A stretch of 59,924 bases of DNA from Patescibacteria group bacterium. Lineage in GTDB: Bacteria > Patescibacteriota > Patescibacteriia > Veblenbacterales > UBA10138. The translations under genes were made by a program, and so were the position numbers. Position 1 is the stretch's first letter; each line of letters begins with the position of its first letter. This document shows, piece by piece, positions 1 to 7,454 of the stretch. The stretch covers positions 191,784 through 251,707 of the forward strand of contig JAHITT010000004.1 in assembly GCA_018817715.1 (NCBI GenBank), written 5' to 3'. The notes below the pieces were generated by a model that was not told the DNA's origin, did no database searches, and saw only the letters and a program-made list of their open reading frames with translations.

Positions 1-1314
1 GCTTTAATGACTAGAGCTTTAGGTGCAGCTGGCTTTGGTAGCTATACAACCATCGTAACTTTTTTACAATTCTTTGGAATTTTAGTCGACCTGGGATTAA
101 CCATGACCTTAGCCCGTGAACTAGGCAAACAAACAATACCGGCTGATAAACTGCTTAGTAATTTACTTTCTTTACGTACTATCTTAAGCGGTTTTATATT
201 CGCCCTAGCTCCACTAGTCGCTTGGCTACTGCCTTATCCTAAAGAAATTGTTGTGGGTATTGCTTTAACCAGTTTGGCTTTTTTCTTAAGCAGTTTAAGC
301 CAAAACTTTACTGCGGTTTTTCAATATCATCTAAAAAGTCAAAGGTTAATACTAGCTGAATTATCCGGCCGTTTAATCCTACTACTAGGTACTTTAGGTT
401 GTTTTTTAACTAAGCAACCGCTTAATTATTATTTATTAATTTTAATTCTGTCCAACACTGCCTCGGCTGGCGCTATTTTGTGGCAGGCTTATAAACTATC
501 ACCTTTCTATTGGCAAATAGATAAAAAAATTTGGCACTACTTATGGCAAGTCACTTGGCCGGTGGCTTTAACTATTGCTTTAAATTTAATTTATTTTAAA
601 ACCGATACCATTATTCTGTCTTTATTTAGACCACTGGAAGAAGTTGGTTTATATGGTGCCGCTTATAAAGTTTTGGAAGTTCTTTTAGCTGTACCAGCCA
701 TTATTGGTGGACTAGTCCTACCTTTAGCTGCCCGCTACAAACAACAAGCCCAGCCAGATAATTTACAAAAATTGTTCAGCGGCACTTTTGACAGTTTATT
801 GGCCGGCGGACTGGCTGTAATAATCGGCAGTTTAATATTAGGAGAAAAAATTATGGTCGCTTTAGCTGGTCCTAATTTTGCTGTGGCCGGACAAATTTTA
901 GTTATTTTAAGCTTGGCTACAGCTTTAATATTTTTGGGCAATGCTCTTGGTTACTTTATTTTTGCTTTAGACAAACAGAAAAAAATGTTCTTACTTTACG
1001 GATTAGCGGCCCTTGGCGCCCTAACAAGTTACTTAATATTTATTCCCCAAAACGGTATTTGGGCAGCAGCTTGGATTACCGTAGCTGTGGAAGCGATAAT
1101 GACTTTGGGTAGTTTAATAATGCTTTATCGTTGGGGTTTAAAACCAACACTGTACCGTTGGCCCAAAATAATTCTAGCCAGCCTTCTTTTGGCTGTTGGT
1201 CTTAGCCTACCCTTGGTTTGGTGGCTAAATATTTTAATCGGCGGCTTAATTTATTTAGTGGCCTTGTGGAAATTAAAACTTATACCCAAAGAAGAGTTGT
1301 TCTCAAATAACTAA
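1..1314 (+). CDS. MOP-superfamily polysaccharide/oligosaccharide flippase (Wzx/MurJ-like), 5-prime partial
   Basis: Frame is open to base 1. Long, very hydrophobic multi-TM protein with the general character of Wzx-type polysaccharide biosynthesis exporters. Confidence 0.6.
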   Translation, partial: ALMTRALGAAGFGSYTTIVTFLQFFGILVDLGLTMTLARELGKQTIPADKLLSNLLSLRTILSGFIFALAPLVAWLLPYPKEIVVGIALTSLAFFLSSLSQNFTAVFQYHLKSQRLILAELSGRLILLLGTLGCFLTKQPLNYYLLILILSNTASAGAILWQAYKLSPFYWQIDKKIWHYLWQVTWPVALTIALNLIYFKTDTIILSLFRPLEEVGLYGAAYKVLEVLLAVPAIIGGLVLPLAARYKQQAQPDNLQKLFSGTFDSLLAGGLAVIIGSLILGEKIMVALAGPNFAVAGQILVILSLATALIFLGNALGYFIFALDKQKKMFLLYGLAALGALTSYLIFIPQNGIWAAAWITVAVEAIMTLGSLIMLYRWGLKPTLYRWPKIILASLLLAVGLSLPLVWWLNILIGGLIYLVALWKLKLIPKEELFSNN

Positions 1315-1709
1315 TCAAACTTAACAGCAAAACTATACATGCCCATAGAACAAACACCGCGCAAGGTGCCTTGGGCTTGAGTAGCTGTTAAATTAATTTC
1401 CTCCACCGCACTAGGTGACAAAAATTTCTGATAATTAAGTTTGGGAATAGTTAAAGCAGTAGAACAATCAAAAGTATTATTGGTTTTTATTCTAAGTACT
1501 GTCGGCTGATTAGCTGTGGCTAGCAAACTCCTAGGATAATAACCGCCCTTGGCGGTTATATTTATATATTGGACACCATCTTCCATATAAACCAAAGAGG
1601 AGTCGCCACTAACAGGTTCTCCCGCTGGCGGACCGACAAAAATTAAATAACCAGTTAAAACCAAAGAAATAACAGCCAACAAAGAACCTAAAACTATAAT
1701 TAACTTCAT
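1311..1709 (-). CDS. membrane-anchored cupredoxin-like small protein (copper operon member)
   Basis: N-terminal TM anchor, then a beta-rich domain with DCS and GVCSMGMY Cys/Met motifs. Last gene of the csoR-copA operon. Confidence 0.5.
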   Translation of the reverse strand: MKLIIVLGSLLAVISLVLTGYLIFVGPPAGEPVSGDSSLVYMEDGVQYINITAKGGYYPRSLLATANQPTVLRIKTNNTFDCSTALTIPKLNYQKFLSPSAVEEINLTATQAQGTLRGVCSMGMYSFAVKFD

Positions 1710-1712
1710 AAA

Positions 1713-2732
1713 TTATAAATTAAATAAAGGCGCTATTAAACCAGCCCCGGCTAAAGCATTTAATAAATTAAAAACCGCTAAAACTATTATTACCAAACCA
1801 GCGGTTTTAAAAAAGTAGCCGCGCCAAGATTTAGCTTGCAAATTAAAAGAACTAAAAGACAAAAGCCACAAAACCGGCAGGGTGCCTAAGGCAAAAAACA
1901 ACATAGTCAAACCGCCTTGCCAAAAATCTTTAACTGACAAAGTGTAAAACTGCATAGCTTGAGTAAAACCGCAAGGCAAAAAGAAAGTTAAAGCTCCCAA
2001 TAAAGCCGCTAAAGTCCAGCGCTCGGCTTTAATTTTATTCAAATGACCACCCAAACTAACCGGCAATCTTAATTGCCACTGGCGGGTAAAAGTAAAAACA
2101 TTAAGTAAATTAAAACCCAACAACAACATGACTATATTAATTACCAAGGCCAAAATTAAATTTCCTTTAATTCCCAAATTAAAAGACTGTCCCAACCAAC
2201 CAATTAAACCGCCCAAAATAAAAAAACCTACCAGCCGCCCAACATGAAACCAATAATGAACAGCCCGGCCGCCGCCTTGTTTGGCGTAATTAGCCGATAA
2301 GGATAAAACCAACCCGCCAACTACGGCCAAACAAGTGGACAAAGAAGCTACTAAACCAATTGTTAAGGCTGTGCCATAAGTAACTTTAGAAGAATTTATT
2401 AAATTAACTATGCCCAATTTTTGTAAAACAATAAATAAAATAATAACTAATAAAGACAAGGGTATAGCCCATTTAAATTCACTGTAGTCCGCCATGGGTT
2501 TAACCGGCTTGTCTGACAGGCTATAGCCATGCTGTCTGATGACTTGATTTATTTTTTCCTGTATAACAGCTTCGTCTATAGAAACATCTGTCCTTAACTT
2601 TAAAACCTGTCGGCTTAAGCTAACCTCGGCCTGGCCTTGACCCGATAAAACTTCCTCGGCTGCCTGCTTAACCAGCAAAGTGCAAGCTGCGCAATGCATA
2701 CCACTGATATGAAAAGTATAATCTGTAGGCAT
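1713..2732 (-). CDS. heavy-metal-associated (HMA) domain fused to a multi-pass membrane protein (DsbD_2/TauE-like)
   Basis: N-terminal GMHCAACTLLV metal-binding motif followed by about 8 hydrophobic helices. Lies between copA and the cupredoxin-like gene. Confidence 0.6.
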   Translation of the reverse strand: MPTDYTFHISGMHCAACTLLVKQAAEEVLSGQGQAEVSLSRQVLKLRTDVSIDEAVIQEKINQVIRQHGYSLSDKPVKPMADYSEFKWAIPLSLLVIILFIVLQKLGIVNLINSSKVTYGTALTIGLVASLSTCLAVVGGLVLSLSANYAKQGGGRAVHYWFHVGRLVGFFILGGLIGWLGQSFNLGIKGNLILALVINIVMLLLGFNLLNVFTFTRQWQLRLPVSLGGHLNKIKAERWTLAALLGALTFFLPCGFTQAMQFYTLSVKDFWQGGLTMLFFALGTLPVLWLLSFSSFNLQAKSWRGYFFKTAGLVIIVLAVFNLLNALAGAGLIAPLFNL

Positions 2733-2742
2733 ATTTTAAAGT

Positions 2743-5046
2743 TTATAATTTTTTAGTTTTTATTCTTAAAGAATTAGCTACAACCGATACTGAAGACATA
2801 GCCATAGCAAAACCAGCAAAAACCGGGCTTAATAACCAACCAAATAACGGATAAAATAAACCAGCCGCCAAAGGAATACCCACAATATTATAAATAAAAG
2901 CCCAAAAAAGATTTTGCTTAATACCCGTCATGGTTATTTTAGAAAGCTTTATGGCTTTAACTAATTTAGAAATATCCCCCCGCAAAAGAGTAATACCGGC
3001 CGACTCAATAGCTACGTCTGTACCAGTGGCCATAGCAATACCCACATCAGCTTGAGCCAAGGCTGGAGCGTCGTTTACTCCATCGCCGGCCATGGCCACC
3101 ATTAATCCTTGGGCTTGTAAATCTTTTATCTTAATAAGTTTATCCTGTGGTAAAACCTCTGCCTTAACCTCGTTAACCCCCACCAGCGACCCTATATATT
3201 GAGCCGTTTCCATATTATCTCCGGTTAACATAACCACTTTAATACCCAAAGCTTGTAAATCTTTTACTGCTTGAGTTGAAGCTTTTTTTATAGTATCAGC
3301 CACCATAATAAAACCCAAAACTTTATCCTTAGTAGCTAAGATTACCGGGGTTTTACCTTGAATTGTAAATTTCTTAAGTTCCTCTAAATCCAAAACCAAA
3401 TTAAGATCACTCACTAATTTGATATTACCAATAAAATATTCCTGGCCACTAATTAATCCGCGAACTCCCCTGCCTGGTAAATTTTCAAAATCTATAACCT
3501 CCACTAAGTCAATATTTTTTTCTTGCGCGTAATTAACTATTGATTGAGCAATAGGATGCTCTGATTTATTTTCCAACGAAGCAATCAGGGAAATAAATTC
3601 TGTCTCCTGGTGATTGGATAAATTTTTTATATCTACCAAAGTCGGTTTACCTTCTGTAAGAGTGCCGGTTTTATCAACCACGACAACTTTTACTTTATGA
3701 AGCTTTTCTAAAGTAGCGGCATCTTTTATTAAAATACCTTCTTTGGCCCCTTTCCCCACACCAACAATTATAGCTGTCGGTGTAGCCAAACCTAAGGCAC
3801 AAGGACAAGCAATAACTAAAATACCGACAAAAGAACTAAGACCAAAGGACAAAGCCTGCGGCAAACCTAAAGATTGGTAACCAATAACCAGCCAAGCGCC
3901 AAGTGTTATTAGGGCGCCAACCAAAACAATAGGCACAAAAACGCTAGAAATTTTATCTGCCAAGGCTTGAATTGGGGCTTTGCTACCTTGGGCCTCTTGC
4001 ACCATTTTTATAATTTGAGCCAATAAAGTTTGACCACCGACTTTAGTGGCCTTAAATATAAAAGAACCGCTGGCGTTTATTGTTCCAGCCACAACAGTAT
4101 CCCCGACTTTTTTTTGTATGGGCATGGATTCGCCTGTAACCAAAGATTCATCTACAAAAGAAGTTCCTTGAGTTACTAACCCATCCACCGGAATTTTAGC
4201 GCCCGGTTTAACAATAATTAAATCATTTAATTGAACTTCCTTTATGGAAATTTCTACTTCTTGACTACCCCGAACCACCAAAGCGGTTTTAGCTTGTAGG
4301 TCTAATAACTTAGTAATAGCGTCACCAGTTTTTATTTTGGATTTAGTTTCTAAATATTTACCTAAAGCAATAAAAGTAATAACTACAATTGTTACATCAT
4401 AATATTGATAATCCACATTTATAAAAGGCCGAAGGATTTCTTCAAAAACTTTAAGAGCAAAACTATATAAATAAGCAGCCAGAGTACCCAAACCAATTAA
4501 GGTGTCCATATTAGCTTTGCCGTATCGAATAAATCTATAAAAACCTAACAAATAAGGCTTGCCCACCACAAACAAAATATAAGTCGCCAGTAAAGGCAAT
4601 AAATAATGAAAGAAATTACTTATAACCGGATTCATGGCACTCACAATTTTATACTGAGCCAAAATATCCCAAAGCATAGCCAAAATAGCCAATCCGGCCA
4701 TAGGCAAAGCTGATAATATTTTTACTTTCATGTCGGCTAATTCGGATAACTTTTCCTGTTTTGCCTGATCGTTAAAAGATTCATTAAAATCCCCAGACTT
4801 GGCTTGCTTATTAACTAAGGCGATCTCTTGGTTGGCTTTTGGAAAAACCAAAGAATAACCCAAGGGAACAATCTTTTCAGAAAGATTTTGAGGATTAGTT
4901 TTTAATTCATCAAAAGACAACTTGACTGATTCTGTAGCGTAATTAACCTCTACCAATTTAACACCGGGGGTTTTTTTAAGGGTACTTTCTATAATATTAG
5001 CGCAAGAAGCGCAATGCATACCCTTAATTTTAAAGGTCTGTTCCAT
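2743..5046 (-). CDS. copA: copper-translocating P1B-type ATPase
   Basis: N-terminal HMA motif GMHCASCANIIE, CPC motif (IACPCALGLATP), DKTGTLT phosphorylation site, GDGVNDAPAL hinge. Confidence 0.95.
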   Translation of the reverse strand: MEQTFKIKGMHCASCANIIESTLKKTPGVKLVEVNYATESVKLSFDELKTNPQNLSEKIVPLGYSLVFPKANQEIALVNKQAKSGDFNESFNDQAKQEKLSELADMKVKILSALPMAGLAILAMLWDILAQYKIVSAMNPVISNFFHYLLPLLATYILFVVGKPYLLGFYRFIRYGKANMDTLIGLGTLAAYLYSFALKVFEEILRPFINVDYQYYDVTIVVITFIALGKYLETKSKIKTGDAITKLLDLQAKTALVVRGSQEVEISIKEVQLNDLIIVKPGAKIPVDGLVTQGTSFVDESLVTGESMPIQKKVGDTVVAGTINASGSFIFKATKVGGQTLLAQIIKMVQEAQGSKAPIQALADKISSVFVPIVLVGALITLGAWLVIGYQSLGLPQALSFGLSSFVGILVIACPCALGLATPTAIIVGVGKGAKEGILIKDAATLEKLHKVKVVVVDKTGTLTEGKPTLVDIKNLSNHQETEFISLIASLENKSEHPIAQSIVNYAQEKNIDLVEVIDFENLPGRGVRGLISGQEYFIGNIKLVSDLNLVLDLEELKKFTIQGKTPVILATKDKVLGFIMVADTIKKASTQAVKDLQALGIKVVMLTGDNMETAQYIGSLVGVNEVKAEVLPQDKLIKIKDLQAQGLMVAMAGDGVNDAPALAQADVGIAMATGTDVAIESAGITLLRGDISKLVKAIKLSKITMTGIKQNLFWAFIYNIVGIPLAAGLFYPLFGWLLSPVFAGFAMAMSSVSVVANSLRIKTKKL

Positions 5047-5049
5047 AAA

Positions 5050-5328
5050 TTACTTGCGCTTTAAACGATAAACTTTCAAAATTTCTTTTTGGGCCTTAGC
5101 CTGCTGACCCGACATCATTTGGTCTAAAGTGCAGGTGGCCAAATGATTTTCCAATAAAATATCTTCGATATTAGATAAAGCCTGCTTAACCGCCGAGGTC
5201 TGGGTGATAATATCTATACAGTATTTTTTCTGCTCCACCATATTTTGCAAACCCCTAACCTGACCCTCCACTATTTTTAAACGGCGGATTAACCGAGTTT
5301 GATGAGAAGAAGAATGATGATGTTTCAT
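5050..5328 (-). CDS. csoR: CsoR-family Cu(I)-sensing transcriptional repressor
   Basis: 92 aa with the x-C-H-C fingerprint (KKYC...ENHLATC). First gene of the copper operon. Confidence 0.9.
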   Translation of the reverse strand: MKHHHSSSHQTRLIRRLKIVEGQVRGLQNMVEQKKYCIDIITQTSAVKQALSNIEDILLENHLATCTLDQMMSGQQAKAQKEILKVYRLKRK

Positions 5329-5337
5329 AATGTTTTA

Positions 5338-5366
5338 ATTATATACCCCCCTGGGGGTATTGTCAA
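5338..5366 (-). promoter_or_regulatory. csoR-copA promoter with CsoR operator in the spacer
   Basis: Minus strand reads TTGACA (5366-5361), 17 nt, TATAAT (5343-5338). The spacer is the inverted repeat ATACCCCC-CT-GGGGGTAT (5343-5360). ATG lies 9 nt after the -10. Confidence 0.75.
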
Positions 5367-5436
5367 TTAATTAATCAAATCTGCCCCAAACTTTGGTCTA
5401 GATATAAAAAGACAAGACAAATAATAACAGTTATAA

Positions 5437-5465
5437 TTGACTAGCTGGCCTAACAATCATATACT
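5437..5465 (+). promoter_or_regulatory. promoter of tRNA-Ser
   Basis: TTGACT (5437-5442), 17 nt, TATACT (5460-5465), about 35 nt upstream of the tRNA. Confidence 0.55.
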
Positions 5466-5499
5466 TAGGTACGCTAAAATAGAGACAACTAAAACCTTT

Positions 5500-5588
5500 G
5501 GAGAGGTCGCATAGTGGTCTAGTGCGCTGGTCTCGAAAACCGGTATCCCCAAAAGGGATCGAGGGTTCGAATCCCTCCCTCTCCGCCA
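5500..5588 (+). tRNA. tRNA-Ser (anticodon CGA), CCA encoded
   Basis: Acceptor GGAGAGG/CCTCTCC, anticodon loop CTCGAAA, long variable arm, T-arm GAGGG-TTCGAAT-CCCTC, discriminator G plus CCA. Confidence 0.9.
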
Positions 5589-5618
5589 TCCTTCGCTAAA
5601 GCTACGGATTGGCAGGCC

Positions 5619-5939
5619 ATGTCTATGTACTATACTTATATATTATTAAGTTCAAAATCGCATATTTTTTATTTTGGTTCAACCAAAAATATTAAAGAAC
5701 GATTAAAACTACATAATACTGGACAAGTTTTATCAACTAAACCACATCTACCATGGAAGCTTGTATGGTACTGTGCTTTTGAAACAGAAAAACAAGCTAG
5801 AGATTTTGAACTTTACTTAAAATCGGGATCTGGTAAATCATTTGCTTATAAAAGGTTTGTTTCGGTAGCTTTAGCAAAGGATTTTAAGGAAGGGAGAAAA
5901 AGTAGTCCGAAGTCAACCCGAAGCAAAAGCGAAGGGTGA
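5619..5939 (+). CDS. GIY-YIG nuclease superfamily protein (YhbQ-like)
   Basis: YYTYILLS...IFYFGST..ERLKLHN motifs matching GIY-YIG. Small stand-alone domain directly downstream of tRNA-Ser. Confidence 0.75.
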   Translation: MSMYYTYILLSSKSHIFYFGSTKNIKERLKLHNTGQVLSTKPHLPWKLVWYCAFETEKQARDFELYLKSGSGKSFAYKRFVSVALAKDFKEGRKSSPKSTRSKSEG

Positions 5940-6061
5940 CGCAGGATACCTCCCGCCTCCGCCAGGAGAAGGCCGTTCATCCTTTATGGGTGGACGGCGT
6001 TCTTCTTGTTGAAGAAAGGAGGATTCGAAGGGTATAATAAGGGTTTTTGAAAAATAAAAAG

Positions 6062-6090
6062 CCGATTTCGTCAGGAAGTCGGTTTTTATT
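6062..6090. terminator. intrinsic terminator (A-tract/hairpin/T-tract, potentially bidirectional)
   Basis: CCGATTTC-GTCAG-GAAGTCGG stem-loop (8 bp including one G-U) flanked by AAAAATAAAAAG and TTTTTATT. Confidence 0.6.
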
Positions 6091-6110
6091 CTAATATAGA
6101 ATATGGCAAT

Positions 6111-6140
6111 TTGGAATAATACACAATGGAATATTATCAT
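6111..6140 (+). promoter_or_regulatory. candidate promoter and C-box repeats of the controller gene
   Basis: TTGGAA (6111-6116), 18 nt, TATCAT (6135-6140), 8 nt before the ATG. Direct repeats TGGAATAATA (6112-6121) and TGGAATATTA (6127-6136) overlap the -35 and -10. Confidence 0.4.
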
Positions 6141-6148
6141 ATACATAT

Positions 6149-6370
6149 ATGCCAAGAGCAATTTATCAAGATGACCACAAGAAAATCGTTGAACGCTTGA
6201 AACAAGCGCGTCTTGAGATTGGTCTTGGACAGGTTGAAGTTGCAGAAAAGCTCGGCAGAACTCAGTCGTATGTATCAAAGATTGAATCAGGGCAGAGGCG
6301 ATTTGATGTACTACAACTCAAAGAGTTTGCGAAACTTTATAAAAAATCCTTGGATTTTTTCGTGAAGTAA
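6149..6370 (+). CDS. XRE-family HTH protein, probable R-M controller (C) protein
   Basis: 73 aa with HTH_3-like GLGQVEVAEKLGRTQSYVSKIESGQR. Its stop codon lies 1 nt before the ATG of the downstream nuclease gene. Confidence 0.65.
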   Translation: MPRAIYQDDHKKIVERLKQARLEIGLGQVEVAEKLGRTQSYVSKIESGQRRFDVLQLKEFAKLYKKSLDFFVK

Positions 6371-6371
6371 C

Positions 6372-7454
6372 ATGAACCATAACCATAAAATTATAATTAC
6401 CAAACAAGATGTTATTCCGTACATCTATTTTGTGTGCTCAATGGCTCAGCGAGGCAGGATGTATGGAGGTCTTAGTGGTAAAAGTGATTATATTGGAGGA
6501 GTTTTTGATCGTTGGATTAACATAATTCCCGAAAGTGTAATTTTCAACAAATATTTTTTGCCCAAAATAGCAAATAATCTATCAGTCATTTCTGACTATT
6601 ATGAATATGACCCAAAGAAATCAGGTATAGCTCCTGATGTACTTGGCATAAGAGTTGGTGAAGATTCTAAGCCTTTTGTTGAATATGTAAATAAATGGAA
6701 AGCATTGAATGGTACTCCACAGATTGAGGTAAAATCCTTCAAAAAAGCACAGTATATGGTTAGTTTGAGAAACCAAGGGTATGACAATAAATACCTTGTC
6801 ATGGTTGAAACAAATCTAGACAGTGATTACTTATTGCCATTTTTTGAACAAACAGTCTTCAGTGAAGATGTCTATAACAAACTTAAAATGGACGATAGTA
6901 TTTTTATTAAATCTAATGCTAACAATGACTTATCTTCTGTTACAAAAATCAACCGAAAGAATACAGATTTAGGTTCACTAAAACTTATAACTGTTTGCTC
7001 AGCAAAAGATTTTATGTCTTTTTCAACTCTTTGCTCCTCAAACGAGAGTCCAATTTATGTAAAAGAAGTAAATGAAACTAGAACTGCAAAAACGACTACA
7101 ATTATAACGCCTTTATCTAACTATCTAACAAAAAATAATAACAATTTATATAGTTGGAATAATAATTTTTTAGACAAAAATAACAAACACAAAATACTAG
7201 ATGTTCATATTGACGACATTCAAAATATTGATTTTGTAAAAAATAGCAAAAGCTCTATTACTATAACAACAAAAGGTAAAGCGACTATGAATAATGTGGT
7301 TTTGGAAGCAAATAAAACCTATATTATTAAGTTCCAACTATTAGATCGTTCTTCAAACAATGGTGAGGAGTATTTTATGCATAAATCCGTTATTGATAGA
7401 ATACCTAGTAAAGAGGCCGTTATGTTAGACTCTATAAAGCAATATATAAAATAA
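6372..7454 (+). CDS. putative Type II restriction endonuclease (PD-(D/E)xK)
   Basis: P88-D89 ... E119-V120-K121 fits PD-x(n)-ExK. Translationally coupled to the C gene and convergent with the C5 methyltransferase. No recognisable family otherwise. Confidence 0.5.
   Translation: MNHNHKIIITKQDVIPYIYFVCSMAQRGRMYGGLSGKSDYIGGVFDRWINIIPESVIFNKYFLPKIANNLSVISDYYEYDPKKSGIAPDVLGIRVGEDSKPFVEYVNKWKALNGTPQIEVKSFKKAQYMVSLRNQGYDNKYLVMVETNLDSDYLLPFFEQTVFSEDVYNKLKMDDSIFIKSNANNDLSSVTKINRKNTDLGSLKLITVCSAKDFMSFSTLCSSNESPIYVKEVNETRTAKTTTIITPLSNYLTKNNNNLYSWNNNFLDKNNKHKILDVHIDDIQNIDFVKNSKSSITITTKGKATMNNVVLEANKTYIIKFQLLDRSSNNGEEYFMHKSVIDRIPSKEAVMLDSIKQYIK

Noticed and set aside
735-941. Short antisense or out-of-frame ORFs throughout the track. 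Examples: 735-941, 6599-6802, 7640-7861, 8404-8907, 10112-10522, 10640-10861, 12429-12629, 13729-14016, 15995-16291, 19403-19633, 21823-22056, 23584-23883, 25302-25721, 33749-34033, 41277-41501, 45024-45221, 47761-47952, 48269-48472, 51167-51430, 51849-52344, 52739-52999, 53723-53962, 55492-56202, 58308-59053.
   Set aside because: Each lies inside or opposite a longer ORF with clear family motifs. They have low-complexity or odd composition and no start context. They were treated as shadow ORFs.
5913-6278. 121-aa minus-strand ORF spanning the GIY-YIG end, a terminator and the C-gene start.
   Set aside because: It crosses an intrinsic terminator and a promoter region and overlaps two better-supported plus-strand genes. 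Its Gly/Pro-rich tail comes from the GC-rich non-coding patch.
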